Shown here: positions 26,725 through 37,117 of the stretch, in pieces
How positions within the stretch are numbered: the stretch's first letter is position 1
Layout of the letters: each line of letters opens with the position of its first letter
Source of the DNA: Hydrolagus affinis
Lineage: Eukaryota
Length of the DNA: 64,000 nt
Reading direction: 5' to 3'
Assembly: GCA_012026655.1 (NCBI GenBank)
Contig: JAAILG010000627.1
Location: forward strand, 1 to 64,000
Position numbers and translations under genes: made by a program
Notes under the pieces: generated by a model
The model's input: only the letters and a program-made list of their open reading frames with translations
Told to the model about the DNA's origin: nothing
The model's database searches: none

Positions 26725-26900
26725 CAGTGTTGGTGTCAGTTGGGTTCAGTTGACAGCAACTCAGCCTCTGAGTCAGAAAGTTGTGGGTTCAAGTCCCAAG
26801 TCAGTACTTTGAACTCACATAGTTATGACTGACACAACAAAGCAATGCTGAGGGTATTCTGCATTTTTGGATGTACCAAACTTTCCCATGATCTGCGTTT
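26725..26900 (+). mobile_element. SINE 5' head (tRNA-derived) and start of Deu domain
   Basis: gggttcagttgacagc...ctctgagtcagaaagttgtgggttcaagtccc. Confidence 0.7.
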
Positions 26901-26968
26901 TGGTTGAACACTGAGAATTAACAGTTATTTTAATTCATATTAAGATTGGAATCTACCTGCTCTATGGT

Positions 26969-27130
26969 TATAATAATAATACTCCTTACATTTATATAGC
27001 GCTTTCCACGTCTTATTGACGTCTCAAAGTGCATCACAGAATACAACAACATCCCAAGGTTGGGACCAGAGCACTGGGGGAGGGAGAAGACAAGAGGGAA
27101 GAAATGGGGGAAAAGAGGTAGGGACCAGAG
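26969..27130 (-). mobile_element. L2/SINE 3' tail
   Basis: (TAA)n, ccttacatttatatagcgctttccacgtc...ctcaaagtgcatcac, then purine-rich L2 3' UTR. Confidence 0.7.
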
Positions 27131-27918
27131 CAGGGGAGGAGGGGTCTTGGTTAGGGGAAGGAAAGTAGGAAATTTGATTGTATATTTGTGGGAGATGTTC
27201 TGCACTTTCCGAAGTGCTCTGACAGAACGTTACTCTTCTAAACTCTGGGAACCTCTCAGTGTATGCATTCAGAGAGTGATTAACATTATATCAATTAGTT
27301 GATACCTATGCAACCAATTGTAGGGTTTACACTCTCAATCAGTTTAACATTTGGTCATGTCCCTTTAAATCAGGTTAAAGCAATCCCACTTTGCTCTCAG
27401 ATTTCCTAAAATACGTTTGTGATTGTGTCATTGTGCATGTTAACGACTCCCTACAATTGTATAAATCACAGTAGATTTGTATTTAGTAGAAAATGTATGG
27501 GATCTGTCTGATAAAGTATTAGTGTAAGTGAGTGGGAGCTTTCAACCTCTGCATTAGTGTGACTTATAGCGCACACACATCGTGTACAGAAATGCAAAAA
27601 GTGGCAATCTGGTTAATTTAATCAGATCCATTCCTTTAGTAATTGGTATTTTAGTCACCACAAACTGATCCATGGTGACTTGGAATAACTCAATGTGGTA
27701 TCACATGGAAGTGCAGTAATGGGACTAGGATCAGTGGAAAATTACTGCTGTAAACAATAATATGAAAAAAAAACATTATTGCATATGGGAAGATTGAAAC
27801 ACATCCAATGTTCTGAATTAAAAAAAAATCACATCTTCTTTTGCTCTTATCTTATAACTAGGTTCCACTTAATTTCCTGTTCGGGAAACAATGTAGGACG
27901 TGGCATTTTCTAATATAT

Positions 27919-27980
27919 AACAACAACCATTTTACATTTACATAGCGCCTTTTATGTCAGGAGGACATTCTCAAAGCAGG
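27919..27980 (-). mobile_element. L2-type tail
   Basis: caacaacc...ttacatttacatagcgccttttatgtcaggaggac. Confidence 0.65.
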
Positions 27981-28463
27981 TCGAAAAGAAAAGTCTTAAA
28001 AACCTTACAAATGGGCACTGTATAGGCCTGTGATAGACCTTCAACTATTCAGGCTTACTCTTAAACTGTTGAACCAGTGGTCAACCAACCTGTGTTGATT
28101 GCACTGTGGTTAAATCGTAGCAAAGTGGACTTTGCGAATGTCGATGAAAATAGGGGAAGTGGCCATGAAAAGACACGGGGCGGGGAAAAAACATGAAACG
28201 TAAAACCGTGACTGGAGATTCAGTGCTATGTTCTCTTTACATCTCTCTCTTGCAAATTAAGGTAAAGGAATATTACGAGAATCTTCATTGCAACTCTGTT
28301 AGCTGCAACAAAGGAAAGGAAAGGGCATAATTGTATGTAGAAGTACTGTATTTGATTGAGTAATTGGCCACATAATTTTTTTTCTCCCTCCATGGTGACT
28401 TGTCTGCCCTCCAAAGGGTAATTGATCATAGTGAAGTGACTGACATAAGTAGCTCAACAATAA

Positions 28464-28526
28464 ATTATAATAATAATAATGATAGCAATACCTTTGATAT
28501 AGTGTCTTGCATGTTGGGAGGATGTT
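28464..28526 (-). mobile_element. Short diverged SINE tail
   Basis: (TAA)n...tttgatatagtgtcttgcatgttgggaggatgt. Confidence 0.6.
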
Positions 28527-28530
28527 AAGT

Positions 28531-28727
28531 GGTGTCCTGTAGCTCAGTGGTTAGAGCAATCCGATTACAAGCGAGAGACCTGGGTTCGATTCCAGGCAGA
28601 GCGAAACCTCGGGCAAGTTTCCTTATTCCACATGCTTGATAATTGTCCCTCAAGAAGAAATACAATAATAAATTGGGCACTTCAATCCACGACTATTTGT
28701 GGGACACTGTTGTGCGCAATTGTTGCC
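28531..28727 (+). mobile_element. tRNA-derived SINE head and body, lacking its 3' tail
   Basis: A box tagctcagtgg, B box gggttcgattcc; collinear with the full-length copy at 50747-51052. Confidence 0.85.
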
Positions 28728-29929
28728 AGGTAGCAAAGGGTGTGTTTCAAAGTGTGGCTAGCTTCATTTTTTAAGCTCAAGAATTCATATTACAGGTACT
28801 AAGGCATCTATAAGCAATGCATCTTTCATGTCGGGAGGGATGTAATGTAATTTTTTTTTTGTTGTTGTTGATTTGTGTCAGAGATCCTGCTATTTCAGAG
28901 GCCATATACCACAAGAATATTGCAAATATAAAATATCTTGAGAATAACTTGGTTGAATCCAAGAATGGAATGATATGCATAATTATTTTGGGATCTGTGA
29001 CTGAAGCTTAATGCAAGTTATATAATACATCACCTTCATTTAATAGAAAGATGCATAATAGGAGGGCATGAGTGAGATATGTCGCTTAGTAACCTTTATT
29101 CCTGGAAAGGCATTTAGGAAAGTACTGATGTGTAAAGATTTCAAACCCATTAAATTCTAAAACTTTAAATAATTTAGCATATGAGTGTAATTGTTTTCAA
29201 AATGATTAACGCTGACGCTAAAATAATGCAATAAAGAGATGCAGCATCTGAACATTTAATGTTACCAATAATATAAGACAGTCAGCAGGTCAATTGCTGA
29301 ATTTTTAATGGTTGTTTAAATCATATGGACCGAATTATTCACCTATTTTAGATGTTAGGAGCTGTAATACCTACTGATTACTTGTAAAGTTATATTATTT
29401 CTAAGGATGGGTTTTGAGTTTTTATTGGAGGTAGTGAACATAAATAAAGGTATTTGCAAAAACTTAACTCAAATGGTGTCAGGCTCTCCACTTTCTACAA
29501 TGCTTGAAATATGGGCATTGTGTGCCAACTGTAAACTTTCCGTAAATTGTAGATGTATTATGCGCCATGTGCAAATGCAAGCATGTGGAATTAATTCTGC
29601 AATTCACAGCTGAAGAAAAGGATTGTCTCCTCCAGTGTGGCACATTAGATATTGAATGGATCATTTCAAAATGTTTAGCACTGCACTGGTAGATTGATTA
29701 TGGGCAGGAAGGCATCATGGAATTAAAGCGATCTGATTAACACAACATAATAACACGTTCATTTCCAGTGCAGAAAATGGGGCACTTATGAATTTCTTCT
29801 GGCAGAATTCCCTCTGGTGCAGTTTACAGAGCTGATGATGTACTTGTTATGCCAATGCCGTCATGAACAATCATGACGTGATGATGCCTCTGTTAGGTAA
29901 TATGGATGTTATGCAGAGCAAAGACCAAC

Positions 29930-30060
29930 ATTTCTTAATGTAAGTTGATCACATGATCACAAGGTTAGTTTGGATTAAAAAGGCTCTTTGTACCATCCAA
30001 TCTCATCCCTACGATCTTCCAATCGATCAAGCTGTTCTTTTTAAATGAGTCCAGGGTCCT
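29930..30060 (-). mobile_element. Possible degraded CR1 3' end
   Basis: ccatccaatctcatccct...atcaagctgttctttttaaatgagtccagg resembles an antisense CR1 tail and the remnant at 50-180. Confidence 0.3.
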
Positions 30061-30114
30061 ACGCTTGTATTACAGAGTTCTGCAGCACCCACTGAACTGT
30101 CTGTAATGAAAATA

Positions 30115-30230
30115 TATTAGTGATAATAGTTCCTGCATTTGAGATAGTGTCTTAGCATGTCTTCGAGACATCTTGATGCTCTTCACAGAATATACTGTAA
30201 AGTGAATTGACTGTTTATTTTGTGGGAGAT
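30115..30230 (-). mobile_element. SINE 3' tail
   Basis: cctgcatttgagatag...cttcacagaatatactgtaaagtgaattgactg. Confidence 0.8.
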
Positions 30231-33200
30231 GGAACATCATATATACTGCAAGTGTACCTCCAAAACTTCATCTGACGCTATCTGCTGAATGACTTTTACC
30301 ACTGATCTGCTCTGCTTTTTTTTCCACACTAGATTTCAACCAAAGCAAAGCTTTGACTCTGGTTGATGTGACTCCATACCATTGAACTAAGATACGGCGG
30401 TAGCTTGGTGTGCTGACTTGTAGGAACATTTACCGACTTGTTTACTGAGGTCCATCCACTCACTGTCTTCAACCGTAGCATCTTATTATATCATATACAC
30501 TACAATTATGAATGTATCATGTCAACAACCTGCTGCATTCATAAAAACCTTACTAACCACCAGTGGGAGGTAGACTTCATTGAATATTCCTGGATGCTTC
30601 TAGATTCAGATTTTGATAGATTAACTACGGTGTGCTTCACTGAGCTTTATTTTAATGCTAAAATAAAATTCTAGACTGGGCACAGATTTACCCTTTTTAT
30701 TTATTATAACCACCAGTTATTAATTTTAATTGGGGAGATAATATGTGGCCTGGCATTTACATCTGTTCACATTTTCTGTATGCCAGGACACCAAATAGTG
30801 AGTTCAGTGCTGCTCTCTCATAGATGACACAGCGCTCTAAGAACACATTCTTATTCTCATGTATTCTGGGTCGTGTTTTTCCTCAAAGGAATAATTTCTA
30901 TGATTTTTAATACAGTTAAATTTTTAAAAGCATGCTTATCATGTAACAGATTGACAGTTACACAAATACATCACATAATTATTGAGCCAGCACAACAGAT
31001 ACCATCTGCTAGCAGAATTGATCTAAGTACTCTAAGAATCAATTCAAATTGGCAGATTATCATTGTTCTGCAAACTAATCTTTGTCCATTACCATACATT
31101 GTACAGAAACATCAAGTTCTCTGGTGTTATAAATGGCAATCTGCCAAAGCTCTGTGTGAAAGAGGCCGCAGAGAGTGTCATTAATAATGTAGAGTATGCC
31201 AGGTACTCTTTTGAACAGTGAACGCTGAAGGAACAATTGAACCCAAGGACGCTTTGACTTTTTGCCTACACATCACAAGGACACTTTTTTGACAGTGCCA
31301 TGGTTTTAACAGTTGCAAGCTCATTGGCTTTTAAGCTTAGCAGCACAGATCAACACTGTCATATACTGTCTTCATTTGCCTGCGGAGAAGGCTGTTGAAT
31401 TGAAGTGGAATCGAAAGGCAGATACAATCATATTCTAGCAAGTCAATAATTCTGGAATACATTTTAAAAGACTAGAAAAATATTGCATTTAACATTTGAT
31501 GTGATCAAAAATAACTAGCATTGAATTGAAAATCAGATGCAATCAGATTTTGGCATCAGAAAAGTTTCAGGTCCACATCTTGCTTTAACTGGAAAATGTT
31601 AACTTTTCAAAAGATTGCAGTTGAAAAACTATTCACTAAAATTTAATATTAGCACTGAAGGAACATTTCTGATGCTTGCAAAATCTCAATTCACAAAAAC
31701 TTCCACCGAAAGCTTTTACACCTCCACCAGCACAATCGCAGAAATCAAGGAAACAGGTTGCTAATGATTGACTTGTGGGGATTTCAGGCTAAGTGAGGAA
31801 CTCATTCACTTTGTTGCTGCTGGGTTTTTGAGTGACTGGAATGTAGACTATTTAAACTGTTACCCGAATTTTTTTTTAACTTGCCCGATTTCCAATTTGT
31901 AGTTTTCAATAAATTGAGTATTTATAAATGGTACACATACATTACATACATGGCAGCGTGTAGAGAGAAAGATTGATCAGCAATACATTCTGCCGTTAGC
32001 TTTTTTTTAAACAAATCAATAAATTAACAAATTTTAATATTGTTTTTTAATTTTACTGTGATTTGTACACAACAATTCATAGCATCTCAAAGTATTGCAT
32101 ACAGCTGTTTTATCTAAAATGTAGTTTTTGGTGCAGGTTGGCAGGATATAAGGCTTGGGAACCCCATTGTGTGCGTTGAAATATTGCTGGAGTTCAACCA
32201 GCTAAAACCATATTATGAGCTATGTCCATCAAGCTTCCTGCTGATTGTCTTGCTAGGACTACACAACCGATTAGGGCTTTGGCTCACAGGGTTCACAGGA
32301 ACTGAATAGGAAGAATACCACAGCCCAAGGTGTCCTCATTTACTTCTGCCCAACTCCTAGGAGGAATGCAGAAATCTAAGATGGCCACACTCAGGGGTTT
32401 GCTGTTGTCTTTGGTTGCTACCATTACTCAGGAGTCAGGGGTATCTCAAAACATGTACTTACCATGTTCCTTAACCAAGGAATAAAATGCATTTAGAAAT
32501 TCTGCAGTTTCGAGCTCCCTTAGCATTTTATTGCATTTACAGTGCTATGGATGGTTAGACACCCCCCTTTAAAATGATAAACTGTGATTGCTTGTAATTT
32601 CAGTCAATTGATCACTCTTGCCCTTTCCGAAAGCAAAGCTTAATGTCACAGATCTGGAACCGATTAAGCGGGTCTCATCGTTTGCGAGCTTCCATGCACT
32701 ATTTCCTCACAGAAGGTAAAACCAGAAGGAATGGCCTCCACAAGCACTGAGCCTGCCTGTGCTTTTAAATACTACCCTGGGAGCCTTCCCTCAAAAACAA
32801 AAATTTTAAGAAGCACAGAGACGTTTGGCTGACCACAAAATAAGCTTTAAAATAAACTCGTTCTTCAAAGGGTAAAACCGAGCAATTGTCACTTTTTTCC
32901 GTGATATTTGCCTACTGACATTGCACTTTTGCGCAACAAACAAATGATGATCAAAGCAGTTCTAATGCCCCTTAGGGCAGATGAAAATTGCCTTTTTCAG
33001 TACAAATGTTTGTTTGGCGCATTAAGTGGCCAACGTGTTTGCTTCGTATAATTGATCAAATGAAATGGCTACATTTACTTTAGCAACCTACATTTTTTCT
33101 CCTTCCCTATTCAATAGAGCAGATAAAATGTCACGCATCATCACCAGGGATTGATTGAAACCAATTTTGTATGAAATAAACAAAATATATGGCAAAAAGT

Positions 33201-33329
33201 TGGTTCTGCACTCAAGCAAGAAGAGCATTCATAGATACTGAAGAAAGATTAAGGGAATGGTAATGAAGATGTTAGCACATGCAACAAATCTGTATAAGGG
33301 TATTATTTGCGTTGAATGAGCTGTGGAGG

Positions 33330-34000
33330 TGCAAAAAGCCATTATCTTCAAACTTGTGTGCAACTTAGGCATTAGGTTGGTTCCCAAGTTATCCTTCCTC
33401 CCCCACATCCGGTCCCTCACCAGCATCTTCCATCTCTGCAACATTGCCTGTCCCTGCCAATACCTTACCCCAAAAGCTGCTGAAACTCTGGTCCACTTTT
33501 GTCAACTCTTGGCTGGACTATTCCAGTGCCCTCCTTGCCAGTCTCCCCTCCTCCACAAAAAAACATCTCATACAAAACTCTGCCACCTGCATTCTCACCC
33601 ACACCAAACTTCGTACCCCGATTACCCCAGTCCTTGCTAAACTGCACTGGCTCCCTGTCACACACCAGATTAACTTGTGTTTAAATCCCTCCACTTCTCT
33701 GCAACTCCCTATCTCTCTACCCTCTCTCCTGGATCCGGTCCTGAATTCTTCGCTCCACCATCGGCGGCCGTACTTTCAGCCATTAGGTCACAAAACTTTC
33801 GAACTCCCTCCCTCAACCCCTTTGCCTCACCCCCTCCTTTCCCTCCTGCAGGTTGCACCTGAAGGCCTTTCTCTTCAACCGTGCTTACGGTCACCTTCCC
33901 CCTCCCTTTAGCTCGGCCTTGGGCTCCACCATTGTGAAGCACTCTGAGACGCCACCCAGCGCAGAAGGCTCTATATAAAAGCAAGTTGTTGATGTTGTTA
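33330..34000 (+). mobile_element. L2 LINE 3' fragment (ORF2 C-terminus, frameshifted)
   Basis: NSWLDYSSALLASLP...IQNSATCILTHT...ITPVLAKLHWLPV is the L2-clade C-terminal motif; ends tgtgaagcactctgagacgcc...ctatataaaagcaagttgttg. Confidence 0.9.
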
Positions 34001-34412
34001 TTGTGGTGATGGCCTCAAAGTCATGAAATAGATATGTACATACACGAGTGCCACTACTATCCTTCATATGACTTGAGTCCATGCCTTTCCTTGGAAACTC
34101 TGTTGGGCTAGAATCACTGTCTTGGCTTGAGTGATAACATCACTCACCTTGCCAACTGTGGGAAAGAGGAGATGTGTAAAAAAAAATGTAAATCAATAAC
34201 AGCACATTGTGATGTGTAAACTGGCACTGGGTCAATAACAGGAGTCTGAAGTCCTTGCAGTTCGATGTTCCAAAAAGTATCATTTTACAGATCAGTAAAG
34301 TTCAGTGAGTACCCGCTAATGATAATTAACTGCTCCCTACCTACATTTGAATTGGTTTGGAGTAGATTTCTCATTTTGAATGCGTATATTGATTATGCAT
34401 ATTTAGCAAAGA

Positions 34413-34528
34413 TTAATAATAATACTAATAATCATAATAATAATCCTTACATTCAATATAGCATCTCAGGAGGATGACTCATAAAGCTTTATGGTACATA
34501 CTGTAAAGTGTAACGACTGTATATTTGC
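34413..34528 (-). mobile_element. SINE 3' tail
   Basis: (TAA)n, ccttacattcaatatagc...actgtaaagtgtaacgactg. Confidence 0.7.
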
Positions 34529-34704
34529 TACATACTATTAATCTGTGCCTTGATTTCCATGCAGAATATTAACATGAAGTAAAATGGCAGGAACATAATG
34601 CCACACTGCAAATATCCTTCAAATACCTAGTGTCCATCAGATAATGTGTTACAGGCACTTAACATTTGGGTACGTTTGGCCAGCAAGTGCAGTGAACTTT
34701 CAAT

Positions 34705-34828
34705 TAATAATACTAATATTCCTAACGTTTGATATAACATCTTGTCACATTGTCGAGATGTCTCAAAACACTTCACAGGATTTATTGTAAAGTTGTGTGA
34801 CTGTGTATTTTGTGTGTGAAACATAGCA
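34705..34828 (-). mobile_element. SINE 3' tail
   Basis: tttgatataacatcttgtcac...gagatgtctcaaaacacttcacagg...gactgtgtattttgtg. Confidence 0.8.
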
Positions 34829-35612
34829 TTATTATTATTATTATTATTTCATTATTACTTTAAGGGAGATTATTAGATCTGTAAACTGATTCTACATTAT
34901 CATGTAATAAAAAGCTTTGGTTTAATGACTTTAATTGCCCCCCTTGACTGATACCAGTGCTAATTTGAGGATGTTTCTTTCATGGTTCAAAGTTATGATT
35001 TTCTCCTCAACTTTGACATGGATAATATTGGCTGTATTGGGGTGGGAATTGTAAATCTTAAGGAAATGCAAATGAATGATGAATGAAAGCACAAACCCTT
35101 GACTGATGCTCCAAGGCTGCTTTAATGAAGGGGAACATGATCAAAATGGTAAAACTGGATCAAATGGTGGATAGCAAGGGTAGAATTAGGATGCTTTAGC
35201 TGACAAAAGATATCTTGTGCAAATGAAATTTTTTTTGGGACTATTCATCCCTTATCTAAACTATGTAGAGAGCCAACACACCTGGGTGGAAATTATCAGT
35301 GTGATAAATTCAATCATTGAGACAGTGGGAGAGCTCACACTAGTAATGAAAATATTAATCAGGATTCCTGTTCCTGAATGCCACAGAGTGTCCTCTGCTT
35401 AGAGGCGTGAGTGCAAATAGATGACAGGATCAGATGTGGCTGTAATGTCAACTGTGGTTCCATAGCCTGGAGACACTGACTATCTCAGGTCAAAGATAAA
35501 CAATAACCACTTGAGCAAGATATTGAAGAGCGTATTAGGTAAGCAAGCCAGCAAGAGGAGGACATGCACGGACTTTTAGCAGGAACTTTATTTGACTAAA
35601 CTATATCTTTAG

Positions 35613-35991
35613 TAGGGTCCGTCGATATGGAAATTTTCCGATATCGATATATCGGTGGGCTCATATCGATATATACCGATATATCGATATTGCCAGGTTT
35701 CTTTATCCTGTGTATGCGCGCGCATTCGGATGTGTGCGTGCATTCCGATATGCACGCGCATTCCGTGCTCTAGGCCCAGGAGGTTTGCAATGCCGGTGAC
35801 AAGGTAAGTTGAAAAAGTTTGCATTATACCGATATAACCAATATATTGATATATTGCCGGACACGATATACCGATATTTGCGATATACCGACATTTTTTT
35901 TAATACCAAATTTTTCGACATACCGATACATTCAAATTTCCAATATTGGCGTATCGATCTGAAAAATTAACCGATATATCGCCGGACATTA
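35613..35991. mobile_element. Non-autonomous hAT-type DNA transposon (MITE)
   Basis: Imperfect TIRs TAGGGTCCGTCGATAT and (rc) TAATGTCCGGCGATAT; perfect 8-bp TSD ATCTTTAG at 35605-35612 and 35992-35999; many subterminal CCGATAT/ATATCG motifs. Confidence 0.9.
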
Positions 35992-36563
35992 ATCTTTAGT
36001 TAACTTAATACTAATGCAGAAAAATAAGGGAATAAATAGAGATAGATCAGTTAAAAAGCTTACATCCTCTTAAAAGTTCCGATGACCTGATTTGTTTCAG
36101 TGGATTTTATTGAAGTATTGTACATAATGAAAGGTTTTAGGTAAGCTCAGAAAAAAGTTTTTTTCACCTAACATTAGCCATTTACTGAAGTGAGTGATAC
36201 AATGTTTCTCAGATAGGCAGGATGTGACTAGTGGAGTGCCACAAGGATCAGTGCTTGTGCCTCAACTTACAGTATTGACAATCTATATCAATGATCTAGA
36301 CAGGACATAGAACCTAAAATATCTAAATTTACGGATGATACAAAACTAGATGAGGGATTAAGCTCCAAGGATGACACAAAAAGAATGAAACGGGATACAG
36401 ATAAACTAGGTGAGTGAACAAGAAGGTGGCAGATGGAATATAATGTGGGGAAGTGTGAAGTTATACAGAAAAACAGAAAAGCAGATTATTTTCTAGAAGG
36501 GGAGAGAATAGATAGTGTTAAAAGGATTTGGATATCCTTGTACACCAGTCGCAAAACTGTAGC

Positions 36564-36600
36564 AGTTCTGACGAAGGGTTGTAGACCCGAAATGTTGACT
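36564..36600 (+). ncRNA. Minimal type-I hammerhead ribozyme motif in the Penelope pLTR
   Basis: AGTT-CTGACGA-A-GGGT-tgtag-ACCC-GAAA-TGTT-GACT: CUGANGA core at 36568-36574, 4-bp stem II, GAAA at 36589-36592, GUU cleavage triplet, stem I AGUU/GACU. Confidence 0.7.
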
Positions 36601-37117
36601 CCTTTTCCTTTCTCCATGGATGCTGCCGGACCTGCTGAGTTTCCCCAGCAACTTCTGTTTTTGTTTCAGATTCCCAGCATTTGTAGTGTTTTGTGTTTTG
36701 TTTTTTGTTGAGGCAGTGAATGAGGCGATGGACGAAGTAGAGTTGAGGACGAGGGCAGTCTTGAGATAAACTGGATCGGTGTTGCTGAAGGGAGAGGTCG
36801 ATTGTATGCATATGAAGTCGCATACTGGAGAGAGTGGATCTGATGAGGCGACGAGACCAGTGATCGGAGGAGAGTTGAGTTTCACGGAGGTATCTGTGAC
36901 CCTGGTGGATTGAAAGCTGGAGGGGTGGAATTTAAGGCGGAAGCCATGTGGGATCAGTTACAGTTGCTGAGGAAAAGGATGTGGCTGTGGAAACGGGTTT
37001 TAGTGAACACACAATCAAACACAAGGAGGGTTGTAGATCCGAAACATTGACTCCTTTTCCTTTCTCCATGGATGCTGCCTGACCTGCTGAGTTTCCCCAG
37101 CAACTTCTGTTTTTGTT
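36564..37117 (+). mobile_element. Penelope-like retroelement fragment: pLTR, inverted ORF 5' piece, partial pLTR
   Basis: About 90-bp direct repeat (36575-36666 vs 37027-37117); 13-bp TSD gcaaaa(c/a)tgtagc at 36551-36563 and 37118-37130; the middle encodes on the minus strand VFDCVFTKTRFHSHILFLS and LSLQQHRSSLSQDCP, which resemble chondrichthyan Penelope ORF N-termini (from recall). Confidence 0.8.

Noticed and set aside
28531-28605. tRNA gene
   Set aside because: It has A and B boxes but no convincing acceptor stem and runs straight into the SINE body shared with 50747-51052.
32943-33010. C/D box snoRNA (ATGATGA within an inverted repeat)
   Set aside because: There is no CTGA D box before the closing stem.
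33444-33911. 155-aa ORF (and ORFs at 45048-45473 and 49329-49769) as genes
   Set aside because: All derive from L2 LINE 3' fragments.
36840-36858. Second hammerhead-like core CTGATGAGGCGACGAGAC
   Set aside because: GAGA replaces the essential GAAA, stem II is 1 bp, and it lies antisense to Penelope coding sequence, so it is probably coincidental.
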